Position numbers and translations under genes: made by a program | Shown: positions 38,925 through 49,743 of the stretch, one piece after another | Numbering within the stretch: position 1 is the stretch's first letter | How the letters are laid out: every line of letters begins with the position of its first letter | Notes under the pieces: model-generated | What the model saw: the letters and a program-made list of their open reading frames with translations, nothing else | Told to the model about the DNA's origin: nothing | The model's database searches: none | IMG/VR virus record: IMGVR_UViG_3300038424_000251 | Location: 1 to 64,000 of that record | Length of the DNA: 64,000 nucleotides | Direction: 5' to 3' (one strand)

Positions 38925-41630
38925 ATGCCAGCACCAATTATTCCATGGCAGCCAAGCAATATACCCGGCGAAATTCAAGCAGAATTGAATCGAAGGAAGA
39001 TTAATCGAAGTTTCAGATATATCCAAAATGCGCAAGCAAATTGGAATAGTAATGATGGAGATTGGAATACTTACAGAGGACCAATGGTTTCTTGGATTCG
39101 TATGTGTTCCAATAGTGCTGGCCATCCTCTTGTAACCGGGTCTTATGGAACCAATAAAGAGAGATTTGTATTATATAGTGGCAAAGGATTTTATCAAAGT
39201 TATGGATTTCAGCTACCATCAGCACCCGGTTCAAATTATCAAATTATTGGATATACTCCCGGAGATTATGAAAATGCCAATTTTGGTGAACCGCACATTA
39301 TTGAAAATTCTTTAATACAACCGTCTGATGAACCTATAAATTATCCGATTCATGTTCCACCACCTGAAATTTCAAGAGCAGAGATTACTGTTCAAAAGGA
39401 ACTTTATAGACGTATTCAAATTGAATGGGTTTGTTTTTCTTGGAAACAATTGGTATATATGACACCATATTTTCTTGTTCCGGGTATAACTTGTATGGTG
39501 GAATGGGGATGGAATCATTACAATATCCAATCATTAGTGAATCTTGGTGACAAGTTCCAAATGAGACGATTATGGGATAACGCTTATCCTCTTTATATTA
39601 ACAATATTCTTTTATCTCATGGCAACTATGATGTGGTATATGGTATTATTACAAATTTTAATTGGAGTATTGAAGGTAATAAGATAATTTGCATGACAGA
39701 AATAACTTCTAAAGATAGACTATATTCAGGTATAGCTAAAGATTATGGATTGTCAGTTGATAGTAAAACAGATGAAACCAAGAATGGTTTATTCCAATCT
39801 CTCAAAAGTTTTATAGACAATAAAGATACAATAAAGAATTTAAGAGCTCTTGTAACATTGTCACCTGTCGTGAATACAGGTCTTTTATCAAGAAATAATC
39901 AAGACCCAAATAATGGAATGTGGTATGATATTCTGAATCCTTTACTAACAGAAGGAACACCTGAACAGCAGGCTATGAGGTCGCCATGGATATTTGGTGT
40001 TTTTTCAGGAAGACAATCTGACTCTTATACCAATAATGAAGCATTTGGAACTCCTAAACAGGGGGACTTTGATTTTGGTGTCAAAGATACTGATAGTGCT
40101 GATAAATTTTGGATAAATATGGGATTGGTTGTTTCAATTTTAAATTATTTTTCTGCCTTAGATAGTGGCGCTAAAAACGGTGAAAATATGTTTGAAGTTG
40201 ATATTCAAAATTCTGTAATAGGTGGTCATGTGAATTTAATTTCTTGTGACCCAAGAGTATTAATACCAAATTATAAAGCACCAAAATTTTTATATGGTTT
40301 AGTTGGTAAACAAGCTAATGTTGAAGGAGATACACCCAATCCTAAATATCCATATTCATATCAAGTAGTGAATCCAAAACCATATGCGAATTCTATCCAA
40401 GATAAGAGATTAAACCAAATATGCCTTCAACCCGGTAAAGACTGTTATCGTGATAATTTGGACCCTATCATAAATTATAATAGATATAGATGGGCTAAAA
40501 TAGCTAATAACATATTCCAAAAATCACCTTTAGTTTCTTATAGTTTTCCATCACACGGGCTTGATAATGTGGTTCTACCTGTAAGTCCAAGGGGGCTTGC
40601 AGGCAACCAACTGGAGACGGATGTTTCTGGATTGCTTTCAAATATTTACATTTCTTTTAGTTTATTAAAAGAAGCTGTAGATGATGAAGCCAATGTTTCT
40701 TACACAGATATATACAAGCATATTCTGCAAGTTTTAATGAGTGCTTCTGATGGATTTTGGGATTTAGTTTTGGTTGATGTCGATGGAATTATTACTATAA
40801 CAGACAAAAAATTTATAGGAAAATATGCTCTAAATAATACTATAGATTCACGGGGTAATATGCAAGGACCTGAAACTGTATATTCATTTGATTATTATGA
40901 TACAGACAGTATTATTAAAGCTATAAAATTCAGACCTGTTTTATCAGATGCACAAGCTACAAGAACTATATATGGGGAAGTTAATAATGCAAATTCAAAG
41001 TATAAATACTTGGATAAAAATGACGTTCTTGATTACAGGTTTAAGGATGCGGTAATAGGAATAGAACAAGACAAAATACAAGGAGATGCACAAGGGGATT
41101 TGAATAGACGCCAAACGGCTAGGGGACAACTTATGGATTTATTGAGTAATGTTCAAGTTATTAATTCTCAAAATGATAACGGTACACTGCAAATGTCATT
41201 AAATCCATTCAGACATACAGCCAGTCCGCCAACTCCACCAGCAAATATATCACCGGGCACAGATAGGGTTGAAGTTGTTAAATTAGCATGTCTTGACCCA
41301 CAGATTCTTAGATTGTTATTGAATGATGGAGATTTTGATAATAATCCAAGATATTGTGCTGTTCAGCCGGGAATAATTCTTGAATTGACATTACAAGGTA
41401 TAGGTGGTCTAAGAACTTTTCAATATTTTACAATAAAAAATCTTCCTGAACCGTATAGTGATAGAAATATTATTTTCCGCACAACGGATGTTATTCAAAC
41501 TCTTGAAGCTGGAAATTGGGAAACTACTATTCGTGCACAACCATTGCCTCTCCGTGCATATATTAAAACCAGACTTAGAGGCCCATATACTAATACTACT
41601 ACCGGATGGCTTCCTGACCCACCAATGTAA
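38925..41630 (+). CDS. Large baseplate hub-like protein
   Basis: YFLVPGITCMVEWGW, GIITNFNWS, LTLQGIGG, WETTIRA; follows the LysM gene. Confidence 0.5.
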   Translation: MPAPIIPWQPSNIPGEIQAELNRRKINRSFRYIQNAQANWNSNDGDWNTYRGPMVSWIRMCSNSAGHPLVTGSYGTNKERFVLYSGKGFYQSYGFQLPSAPGSNYQIIGYTPGDYENANFGEPHIIENSLIQPSDEPINYPIHVPPPEISRAEITVQKELYRRIQIEWVCFSWKQLVYMTPYFLVPGITCMVEWGWNHYNIQSLVNLGDKFQMRRLWDNAYPLYINNILLSHGNYDVVYGIITNFNWSIEGNKIICMTEITSKDRLYSGIAKDYGLSVDSKTDETKNGLFQSLKSFIDNKDTIKNLRALVTLSPVVNTGLLSRNNQDPNNGMWYDILNPLLTEGTPEQQAMRSPWIFGVFSGRQSDSYTNNEAFGTPKQGDFDFGVKDTDSADKFWINMGLVVSILNYFSALDSGAKNGENMFEVDIQNSVIGGHVNLISCDPRVLIPNYKAPKFLYGLVGKQANVEGDTPNPKYPYSYQVVNPKPYANSIQDKRLNQICLQPGKDCYRDNLDPIINYNRYRWAKIANNIFQKSPLVSYSFPSHGLDNVVLPVSPRGLAGNQLETDVSGLLSNIYISFSLLKEAVDDEANVSYTDIYKHILQVLMSASDGFWDLVLVDVDGIITITDKKFIGKYALNNTIDSRGNMQGPETVYSFDYYDTDSIIKAIKFRPVLSDAQATRTIYGEVNNANSKYKYLDKNDVLDYRFKDAVIGIEQDKIQGDAQGDLNRRQTARGQLMDLLSNVQVINSQNDNGTLQMSLNPFRHTASPPTPPANISPGTDRVEVVKLACLDPQILRLLLNDGDFDNNPRYCAVQPGIILELTLQGIGGLRTFQYFTIKNLPEPYSDRNIIFRTTDVIQTLEAGNWETTIRAQPLPLRAYIKTRLRGPYTNTTTGWLPDPPM

Positions 41631-41642
41631 AAATTAAGCGGA

Positions 41643-41671
41643 TTGACATTTTGGCATAAAACTCTTATTAT
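41643..41671 (+). promoter_or_regulatory. Sigma70-type promoter for polA-like gene (leaderless spacing)
   Basis: TTGACA-17-TATTAT; ATG 7 nt after the -10 box. Confidence 0.65.
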
Positions 41672-41678
41672 GTTTAAG

Positions 41679-43025
41679 ATGCTAACAATTGAAGGTTATA
41701 AAAAATTGATAAATCATTTAAAGTCTTCACCTATTATTTTATGGGCGATTCCTTCTGATGAATTTCTTCATCCATGCGCTACTGATATTTCCATTGTGTT
41801 TATAAAAGATATAAATGATAAAAACATATATTGTTTATCATTTAATCATTCTGATGCATCTTTAACTATAGACAAAAAAACATTTGTTGATGACTTAAAT
41901 AATTTGGATGGAATAAAATGGGTGTTTGATAAAAAGTCATTTATTCAACTTCTACCTTTTACTAAGGATTTGTTGGATATTAATTTATTTAATCATCTTC
42001 AAAAAGGGAAATTGATTGATAAACAATATTTTGAAACTCAAGCACATAAATTTATTTATCAAACTAAAAAGAATTGTGGAGATTTGAATAAAGTAGTTCC
42101 TTTGTTAAAGCATAAGGAAATGTTTGAGAAAATGTGTGATAAGTCCATTTTACTGGATATAAATTTGATTGATGAAGGTTATAGAAAGGAGAATGAAATT
42201 GTAATTGAAACGTTATCTGAATTGGAATCAAATGGTATTTATGTGAACGCTAATTGTTTTGGAAAACATTTTAATGCAAAAATACAACCTAACGGATTGG
42301 TATATAGTCAATATAACGTTTATACGAGCACGGGCAGACCTAGTAATCATTTTGATGGAGTCAATTATGCAGCATTAAGTAAAGATAGTGGTGTAAGAAA
42401 ATGTTTTATATCCCGTTACGGAAATGATGGAATGATGATACTAATTGATTATTCTGCTTTTCATCCAAGAATTATTTGTAACATAGTTAATTTTCCTATG
42501 GGAGCTAATGAAGATATTTACAAATATTTAGGAGAAATATATTTTAATAGAAAAATTACAGAGTATGATTTGGAAGAAATCAAACGAATAACAATGCGGC
42601 AATTATATGGTGGTGTGGAAGAAAAATATGAACATATTAAATATTTTAGAAGCTTGAAGGAATTTATTGATGATAATTGGAAATGTTTTAGAGAAAATGG
42701 ATATGTGACAACTCCTATATTTAGGCGAATGATTACCACTGACCATTTGAAAGATGCAAATCCTGCTAAGCTATTCAATTATATTCTTCAAGCTACGGAA
42801 ACTGAAATTGCTTTGACAGCAATAAATTGTGTGAACAAATATCTTAGAGATAAGAAAACAAAGGCAATATTATATACATATGATTCGTTGTTATTTGATT
42901 TTTATAAAGCTGATGGCACGGTTGTTCTAAATGATATTATAAATATCATGATGATGTGTAATCGATTTCCAATTAAAGTGTACAAGGGTGAATCTTATGA
43001 TTCGGTTATTCAAATCTATCCTTGA
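41679..43025 (+). CDS. polA: Short family A DNA polymerase
   Basis: STGRPSN, motif A DYSAFHPRI, motif B KRITMRQLYGG, NYILQATE, motif C YTYDSLLFD. Confidence 0.8.
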   Translation: MLTIEGYKKLINHLKSSPIILWAIPSDEFLHPCATDISIVFIKDINDKNIYCLSFNHSDASLTIDKKTFVDDLNNLDGIKWVFDKKSFIQLLPFTKDLLDINLFNHLQKGKLIDKQYFETQAHKFIYQTKKNCGDLNKVVPLLKHKEMFEKMCDKSILLDINLIDEGYRKENEIVIETLSELESNGIYVNANCFGKHFNAKIQPNGLVYSQYNVYTSTGRPSNHFDGVNYAALSKDSGVRKCFISRYGNDGMMILIDYSAFHPRIICNIVNFPMGANEDIYKYLGEIYFNRKITEYDLEEIKRITMRQLYGGVEEKYEHIKYFRSLKEFIDDNWKCFRENGYVTTPIFRRMITTDHLKDANPAKLFNYILQATETEIALTAINCVNKYLRDKKTKAILYTYDSLLFDFYKADGTVVLNDIINIMMMCNRFPIKVYKGESYDSVIQIYP

Positions 43026-43066
43026 TTTTCAGAATTTATAGGAATATTTATACTTACGGTGATTAT

Positions 43067-43756
43067 ATGAATAAAAAATTGCTTGAAAAAATTCTAAATG
43101 AAGTTTCGTTGGATAAAAGGGTAAAGGATGGTATGTTTAATATTGAGGAAAACGACCATATGGGAGCTTTGCGTGATTATCTTATGAAAAAAGGTATCGA
43201 CGAAGAATCTGTTAACTCATTCTCCAACAAAGTATTGGAAGGAAAATATCCTGAACGACAAGCTTATAATACCAAAGGTATTTTAGTTACATTCCCTACA
43301 CCTGAATATAAACAAGCAGCCATTAAACGTGGAACTCATTTTGAGAAAGACCCCACAAAGAAAGCTGCGAATATTTTTGGAACACAACCACCAACTGCAC
43401 CAGCAGAAAAGCCCACTGCAGAACCAGAAAAATCAAAAACCGAGCCAAAGACCAATCTCCCTGTTTCTCAAGCTGCACCACCCACATCAGATGATACTAC
43501 TGAAACTGAACCCGTTCAAGCTAAGACTACTGCAGCTCCACAACAAACACCTGTTTCTACACCAACGGCTGAACCAACAAAAGAACCAACCGATTTACCT
43601 TTACCACCACCAAAAACCCCAGCGGAAAAGGAAGCTGATAAAGCAGCCATTAAAACTATGTTGAAAGGTGACGATTATATGTTGGATGAAGTTATTCAAT
43701 ATATAATGTTCAATGCACCACATATAATGAATGAAATCAAGAAGAAATTATTATGA
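43067..43756 (+). CDS. Hypothetical protein with LLEKILNE leader and Pro/Thr-rich linker
   Basis: TATTTATA upstream; LVTFPTPEYKQAAIKRGTH. Confidence 0.55.
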   Translation: MNKKLLEKILNEVSLDKRVKDGMFNIEENDHMGALRDYLMKKGIDEESVNSFSNKVLEGKYPERQAYNTKGILVTFPTPEYKQAAIKRGTHFEKDPTKKAANIFGTQPPTAPAEKPTAEPEKSKTEPKTNLPVSQAAPPTSDDTTETEPVQAKTTAAPQQTPVSTPTAEPTKEPTDLPLPPPKTPAEKEADKAAIKTMLKGDDYMLDEVIQYIMFNAPHIMNEIKKKLL

Positions 43757-44163
43757 ACGACAAGAGACAATTATTGTGTACGTTCTCTTCGGTAATATCT
43801 TTCAAAACAACAATAGAAGAAATAAAAAAATTTTATACTGTTTATAACAATCGTTTTTTTGTTTTCTCTAACGTTAATGTTCCTAAAGAAGTGTTCGTCA
43901 CTTATAATATATTAAGTGAGGGAAAAGAATTTCCAAAATTTCCTAACACAATTTCCATTCATAGAAAAAAGCAAACAAATACTCTTTATACATTGAATGC
44001 TATGAATCAAATTATTAAAGATGAAAACGGTGGTGTTTTTGATAGGGATTTTTCCGTAGATTGGAGTCTTTATACTAATTCTTTAATTATTGTTGATACA
44101 TCTTTAGCTGATACAACTTCTATTAAAATAATTCCAATTAAACTTCTGGAAATAGTAAATTAA
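43753..44163 (+). CDS. Hypothetical phage protein
   Basis: QLLCTF, TISIHRKKQTNTLYTLNAMN; no function assignable. Confidence 0.55.
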   Translation: MNDKRQLLCTFSSVISFKTTIEEIKKFYTVYNNRFFVFSNVNVPKEVFVTYNILSEGKEFPKFPNTISIHRKKQTNTLYTLNAMNQIIKDENGGVFDRDFSVDWSLYTNSLIIVDTSLADTTSIKIIPIKLLEIVN

Positions 44164-44320
44164 AATTCACTAAAATAAAATAATTTTTTCGCTTTTTATA
44201 GGTTGATTTTTGAACGATTTCAGTGTATCTTTCATATTTATTAGTAACAAGACAAGACTTAACAAATTGTAGTTAACGATTGACTTATAAACTAATTAAA
44301 CTAATTAAAAAAATAATTAT

Positions 44321-45313
44321 ATGTTAAACATGGATAAAGTCCGCAATAAACTAGCGTCGTTCGACAAGACGAAAAAAGGCGGCAGAAAACTTACCGAAGA
44401 ACAACAAGCAAAAGTCGAAAAAATCAAAAAATACATTTGGAAGCCCGAACCAGGCAAACAAGTAGTTAGAATTGTTCCTTATCAATATCAACCCGATTTT
44501 CCATTCATTGAATTGAAATGGCATTATGACTTTAATGGAGATAAGGTGAGTTATTTAAGCCCATCAAGTGTTAATCAACCAGACCCTATTGTGGAATTGG
44601 CAAATAGACTTGAAAAGGTAAAAGAAACTTGGGGTAAGGGTAGAAAAATGCAACCAAAACTAAGAACCTACGTTCCTATCATAGTTCGTGGTAAGGAAGA
44701 AGAAGGTGTAAAGTTTTGGGGATTTGGCGCACGTGTCTGTGAGCAATTGATGTCAGCTATCAATGAACCAGATTACGGCGACATTACAGATTTGAATAAC
44801 GGATATGATATCACGGTTGACTTCAAGACTGCTGAAGAATTGAAAGCAGATTTCCCTGATACCAAGATTCTTATCAAACCAAAACCACGTCCAGTAATTG
44901 ACCCTGACCATCCAAAGGCCAAGGAAATTATGGAACTTATTACTAAGAAACAAATAAATATCTATGATATTTATAAGACTTCTTCTTATGAGGAATTAGT
45001 GACGGCGCTTGAAATTAAGTTGGAAAGTGAACGTAGAGGAATAGTCTCTGCTTCAGCTCTACGTGGAGCAGAAAGAACTGCAAAAACTCCAGTTGTTACT
45101 TCCACTCCTGAACCAGTAGAACCTGAAGATGATACTGTTGAAATTCCAACCGAAGAGGAAATTGCTGCAGCTACAGGTCCTGCTACAATAGCGGAAGTGA
45201 TTGCTGTTCCAGCAACTCCTGCCGTTTCTCCTTCTGCTCAAAAATCAAAGAAGATAAGTGTGCAGGATTTTGATGCAGCATTCAAAAATATCTTCCCTGA
45301 CAATAAGAAGTAA
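44321..45313 (+). CDS. Single-stranded DNA-binding protein (T4 gp32-like)
   Basis: WKPEPGKQVVRIVP, PFIELKWHY, GVKFWGFG, YGDITD...GYDI; acidic tail. Confidence 0.75.
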   Translation: MLNMDKVRNKLASFDKTKKGGRKLTEEQQAKVEKIKKYIWKPEPGKQVVRIVPYQYQPDFPFIELKWHYDFNGDKVSYLSPSSVNQPDPIVELANRLEKVKETWGKGRKMQPKLRTYVPIIVRGKEEEGVKFWGFGARVCEQLMSAINEPDYGDITDLNNGYDITVDFKTAEELKADFPDTKILIKPKPRPVIDPDHPKAKEIMELITKKQINIYDIYKTSSYEELVTALEIKLESERRGIVSASALRGAERTAKTPVVTSTPEPVEPEDDTVEIPTEEEIAAATGPATIAEVIAVPATPAVSPSAQKSKKISVQDFDAAFKNIFPDNKK

Positions 45314-45337
45314 TTTTGAAATTAAAAATAAAATAAC

Positions 45338-45371
45338 TTGGAATGCTGCATCGAAAGGTGTAGCATTTCAA
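45338..45371 (+). promoter_or_regulatory. 15-bp stem-loop with GAAA tetraloop after SSB gene
   Basis: TTGGAATGCTGCATC-GAAA-GGTGTAGCATTTCAA (with G-U pairs), ending 2 nt before the next ATG. Confidence 0.6.
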
Positions 45372-45373
45372 TT

Positions 45374-45604
45374 ATGAATATATTCAAAAACTGGTGGTTT
45401 TCGGAAGAAAAAGAAGTTGATAAAAGATTAATGGTATATTCCCCTAAAGAAGATATCACATCATATGAAGTTGCAAAATGTTTAGAAATATCTATATTTT
45501 GTCATCAATGCCGTTATTTTTTAACATTTGATAGTTTAAAATCGAAAATAGAATCTTATCCATCGAATGTTCGAAGACATTTTAAAATAGAAAAAATAAA
45601 ATAA
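45374..45604 (+). CDS. Small hypothetical protein
   Basis: ATG 45374; YSPKEDITSYEVA. Confidence 0.5.
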   Translation: MNIFKNWWFSEEKEVDKRLMVYSPKEDITSYEVAKCLEISIFCHQCRYFLTFDSLKSKIESYPSNVRRHFKIEKIK

Positions 45605-45608
45605 ATTT

Positions 45609-46760
45609 ATGTCAAAAGGAAAGTCTGTTCACGTAGAAGGTGAAGTTGACAAAGTTCAAAAAGTTGAAAGAAGTGAACTTGCCGAACTTATTGTAAAAAC
45701 AATGAATAAGTCACAAACGGATGGTAGTAAAGTGGCTTATTTTTTGGATGAACAGGAAGACCCATCAATGGTGTCTGATTGGATTTCTACAGGTTCAACT
45801 CTTCTTGACTTGGCTATTTCGAACAGAAAAAATGGTGGTTTACCTGTTGGAAGAATTGTTGAATTACATGGATTAGAAAGTACAGGTAAATCTCTTATCT
45901 GTGCGCATATCGTTGCTAATACTCAGAAAAAAGGTGGTAAAGCTGTGTTTATTGACACTGAAAACGCTGCTGCCCCTGAATTTTGGAAAGCAGTTGGTGT
46001 AGATATAAAGGAAATGGGTTATGCTACTTTGTTTACTGTGGAAGAAATTTTTTCCAAAATCGAAGAAATTGTTGGTGTGGTTAGAAAAACAAATGGTGAT
46101 GTGTTATTAACTATTGTGGTTGACTCCTTATCTCAAGCTTCATGTGAAACTGAAATGGAATCTGCGCATGGTAAAGATGGTTATAATACTTCAAAAGCTA
46201 TCATCATAAGCAAAGCCTGTCGAAAAATCATAGGTCTTATTGGAAGACAGAGGGTTCTTATTGTATTCACCAACCAACTTCGTATGAACTTAAATGCTGT
46301 AAAATTTGGAGATAAATGGGTGGTTCCGGGTGGTAAAGCAATGGGATTTGCAGCGTCCGTTCGTGTTCGATTGGGTAATACGGGCGCCTTAAAGAAAGGT
46401 AATAAAATTATTGGTAATAACTGTAAAGCGGTTGTAACCAAAAATCGCATTGGACCACCGAAACGAAGTGCTTTGTTTGAAATTCATTTTGATTCAGGTA
46501 TTCAAGATTTGAAAAGTTGGTTGGATTTTTTGAAAGAAAATGGGTTTGCTAAAAAAGTTGATGACAAATATAACATAAAACTTTCATTAGATACAGTAAA
46601 ATTAACTGTGCCTGAATTTGTTGAAAAAATAAATACCGACCAGAAATTCAAGGATGAAGTTTATGATGTTATTGCCAGTGAATATGTTATGAAATACAGA
46701 GATCCTAATAGTGTAATTTCAGAAGATATTGAAGTTGATGAAAATGCAGAAGAGGATTAA
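45609..46760 (+). CDS. recA: RecA/UvsX recombinase
   Basis: ISTGS..LD, GGLPVGRIVELHGLESTGKS, FIDTENA, IVVDSL, TNQLR, PGGKAM.F.ASVR, KNRIGPP. Confidence 0.95.
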   Translation: MSKGKSVHVEGEVDKVQKVERSELAELIVKTMNKSQTDGSKVAYFLDEQEDPSMVSDWISTGSTLLDLAISNRKNGGLPVGRIVELHGLESTGKSLICAHIVANTQKKGGKAVFIDTENAAAPEFWKAVGVDIKEMGYATLFTVEEIFSKIEEIVGVVRKTNGDVLLTIVVDSLSQASCETEMESAHGKDGYNTSKAIIISKACRKIIGLIGRQRVLIVFTNQLRMNLNAVKFGDKWVVPGGKAMGFAASVRVRLGNTGALKKGNKIIGNNCKAVVTKNRIGPPKRSALFEIHFDSGIQDLKSWLDFLKENGFAKKVDDKYNIKLSLDTVKLTVPEFVEKINTDQKFKDEVYDVIASEYVMKYRDPNSVISEDIEVDENAEED

Positions 46761-46762
46761 TT

Positions 46763-46972
46763 ATGAAAAATAAATATTTGAATAATCATAAAGTAGAAAT
46801 TTGTAGTAATATTGATACTGATGCTATCAGATACGCACTACAAAATGATTTGAATACAAAAGAATTGGTAAATTTTTCTCTAAGTTTAGCAAATAATTTA
46901 ACCGAAGAAGATGTTTTTTGGAAATTGCTTTTTAAGGAAGTTGAGTCACTTAAAAAGTATTTTAAAGATTAA
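46763..46972 (+). CDS. Small hypothetical protein
   Basis: ORF in operon. Confidence 0.45.
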   Translation: MKNKYLNNHKVEICSNIDTDAIRYALQNDLNTKELVNFSLSLANNLTEEDVFWKLLFKEVESLKKYFKD

Positions 46973-46979
46973 TTATGTT

Positions 46980-48038
46980 ATGACAAATAAACCTGATATT
47001 TTTTCAATTTGGGAAAATATAAAAGAGGAAAAGAAAAAAGCCCAAGAACTAGGACTGTCGAGTATTACTAAAAGAGAAGTTTTAATAGTAGATGGATATA
47101 ATACTTTCTGCCGAGCCTTTATGGCTATCCCGACTCTTAATGAAGACGGACTACATACAGGTGGAATGACTGGCTTTCTAAAAAGTGTTGGTTATGTTCT
47201 TAAACAATTTCAACCAGATAGGTGTGTTATTGTTTTTGATGGTGTCGGCGGCTCAATGAAACGCAGAGCCATATACTCTGAATATAAGGAACATAGAAAG
47301 ACCAAAGTTCGCTTGAACAGAATTTATGAAAATACTTCTCTTAACGATGAAGAAATTTCTATGAAAAAACAACTCCAAAGATTGGTTATTTATTTAGGTA
47401 GTCTTCCTGTAAATGTAATTTCTTTGGATAATGTTGAAGCCGATGATACAATAGCTTATTTGGCCTTGGATTCTTTCAAAGATTGGAATTCAATTATTAT
47501 GTCATCAGACAAAGATTTCTTACAGATTGTAAATGACCATATTAGAGTCTGGAGTCCAACAAAAAAAAGGCTATATGGGCCTCAAGATGTATTGAATGAA
47601 TATGGGATTAGTTCACAGAATTTTGTTTATTTCCGAGCATTGTGTGGGGATGACTCCGATAACATCCCCGGTGTGCGTGGGTGCGGCCTAAAGACAGTTG
47701 TAAAGGCGTTTCCTATGTTGAGTGGGGCCAGTATGGATGTTGGTGATTTATACGTTACTTCGGTAGCAAATAGTGGTAAATTGAAGGTCTATGATACAAT
47801 TGTCCAAAATTGGCAGGATGTAGAAAGAAATTATGCTCTTATGCAGTTAACGGATACTGCGTTAACAACTATGGCCCAATTACATGTAAAGGAAATCCTT
47901 GATAATCCCATTCCAAAACTTAATAGATTTGAGTTAGCCAAGTTGATTGGTGAGGATAAAGTTACGAATAATATACCTAATTTCCCAAATTGGGTCAATG
48001 AGTGCTTCAGCAAATTGAATAACTTTATAAAAGATTAA
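46980..48038 (+). CDS. 5'-3' exonuclease / flap endonuclease (T4 RNase H-like)
   Basis: LIVDGYN, VFDG, YKEHR, EADDTIA, SSDKDFLQ, GDDSDNIPGVRGCGLKT. Confidence 0.9.
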   Translation: MTNKPDIFSIWENIKEEKKKAQELGLSSITKREVLIVDGYNTFCRAFMAIPTLNEDGLHTGGMTGFLKSVGYVLKQFQPDRCVIVFDGVGGSMKRRAIYSEYKEHRKTKVRLNRIYENTSLNDEEISMKKQLQRLVIYLGSLPVNVISLDNVEADDTIAYLALDSFKDWNSIIMSSDKDFLQIVNDHIRVWSPTKKRLYGPQDVLNEYGISSQNFVYFRALCGDDSDNIPGVRGCGLKTVVKAFPMLSGASMDVGDLYVTSVANSGKLKVYDTIVQNWQDVERNYALMQLTDTALTTMAQLHVKEILDNPIPKLNRFELAKLIGEDKVTNNIPNFPNWVNECFSKLNNFIKD

Positions 48039-48039
48039 A

Positions 48040-48771
48040 ATGGAAAATATTTTTTGTGGTGATTGTTTTGATTATATGGTAAAATTAGATGCTAATTCTA
48101 TCGATATGATTTTGTGTGACCTTCCATTTTCCATTACCGATTGTAAGTGGGACCAAGAAATTGACTTAAATAGATTGTGGGTAGAATACAAAAGAATTCT
48201 AAAACTTCGTGGAGTAGTAGCATTACATTCTGTTCAACCTTTTACTACTGATTTAATTAACAGTAATAGAAAGTGGTTTAAATATAGTTATATTTGGATA
48301 AAATCTCAAGCAGCAAATTTTCAGTTGGCAAAGAAAATGCCTCTTAAAAAACATGAAGATGTTTGTATTTTTTATGAAGGTCGGCCTACTTACAACCCCC
48401 AAATGTGGAAAGGAAAATTGAAAGGAAAGAGAATAGGTAAAACAGTATATCAAAATAGAAAATCTGATATGTATTTATCTTCCAAACCTGCCAATTTATC
48501 TATTGTTAAAAATGACATTTACTATCCTACAACTATATTGAACTATCCTAATGTGTCCAGAAATAAATCAATCCATCCTACTCAAAAACCTGTTGAGTTA
48601 GAAGAATTTTTAATAAAGACATATACAAACGAAGGTGATACGGTTTTAGATAATTGTGCAGGAAGTGGAACTACAGGTATAGCAGCTAGAAATTGTAATA
48701 GAAAATTTATCTTAATTGAGAAGGAAGAAAAGTACTACGATAAAATAATAGGAAGATTAAATCAAAAATAA
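48040..48771 (+). CDS. N4-cytosine/N6-adenine DNA methyltransferase (beta class)
   Basis: DMILCDLPF, HPTQKPV, VLDNCAGSGTTG. Confidence 0.9.
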   Translation: MENIFCGDCFDYMVKLDANSIDMILCDLPFSITDCKWDQEIDLNRLWVEYKRILKLRGVVALHSVQPFTTDLINSNRKWFKYSYIWIKSQAANFQLAKKMPLKKHEDVCIFYEGRPTYNPQMWKGKLKGKRIGKTVYQNRKSDMYLSSKPANLSIVKNDIYYPTTILNYPNVSRNKSIHPTQKPVELEEFLIKTYTNEGDTVLDNCAGSGTTGIAARNCNRKFILIEKEEKYYDKIIGRLNQK

Positions 48772-48800
48772 AAGCGCTAGATTTTGCTCTAGCGCTTTTT
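48770..48800. terminator. Bidirectional terminator between convergent genes
   Basis: AAAAGCGCTAGA-TTTTGC-TCTAGCGCTTTT. Confidence 0.8.
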
Positions 48801-48816
48801 GTAATAAATTTTCTAT

Positions 48817-49743
48817 TTAACCATTCCAATTTTTAGGTGGTTGGGCATATCCACCGGGGAAACTTTGTGGTAAATTCACAGATAATCCTTTATTAAGAGG
48901 AATACCCATATTGAGTAAAGCTTCTCTAGAAGCATAATAGATGTCAAATGCTTGAGCTAAATATCCTCTTTCAAATGAAACACTATGAACTTTACTATAT
49001 TCTTTTCTCCCCCATTCGGTTCCCATATCGAATTTCTGTTTTGGTTGTTCTACTTCAATGTTTCCATGATAAGCAAATAAATCTTGTTCATTACCTGCTG
49101 AACAACAATAATTAGCAGAAACATTGGATAACGATGGTATATTACCGGCTAATAATCCTGTTCCACTACCATTATTACAAGTGTAAGTGGCGTTATTCAA
49201 AGCAGCACCCGTAACGGAATAGTTTGTATTAATATTACCTGCTGATAATCCTGTTCCACTATATCCTTGATACCACCAAGTAGGCCATGTATAATATGGC
49301 CACCACGGATAGACAGCTACAGGCGGATAGGTATTAATGGTATAAGTTATAGATGGTTCTAGTTCCTTTTCATAAAAAAGTTTTATACCAATTATACCAC
49401 AATTCTTCTCAGAACCATCTTCCTTGGATTGAGCATAAGTGTTTCCGTAAAATTTGTAACCAAATTTAAATATTGCCCACTCACTATCTGAAAACCTAAA
49501 TCCCTTGATTTTTTCAGAAGAGTAAGGCCCAATAATATAACCTGTATCTGTCTCTGATGCAGTTTTGCCTGTTAAAACATTTAATCCGTCCACAGAACAT
49601 ACTGCAAGAACTCTCTTGTAATGATTATTTTTAATTTCTATGACATATTCACTGCCATTTTTGGCTTCAATGTATGTTTTTCCTTCATGTTGATGTTGTT
49701 TACAGCGGTTGCCGTTAACTAAAATATTGAGGTCGAAACTCAT
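48817..49743 (-). CDS. Hypothetical protein
   Basis: EYVIEIKNN..KRVLAVCSVDGLNVLTG, IKGFR, GIIG..LFYE, MGTEWG; low-complexity middle. Confidence 0.6.
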   Translation of the reverse strand: MSFDLNILVNGNRCKQHQHEGKTYIEAKNGSEYVIEIKNNHYKRVLAVCSVDGLNVLTGKTASETDTGYIIGPYSSEKIKGFRFSDSEWAIFKFGYKFYGNTYAQSKEDGSEKNCGIIGIKLFYEKELEPSITYTINTYPPVAVYPWWPYYTWPTWWYQGYSGTGLSAGNINTNYSVTGAALNNATYTCNNGSGTGLLAGNIPSLSNVSANYCCSAGNEQDLFAYHGNIEVEQPKQKFDMGTEWGRKEYSKVHSVSFERGYLAQAFDIYYASREALLNMGIPLNKGLSVNLPQSFPGGYAQPPKNWNG

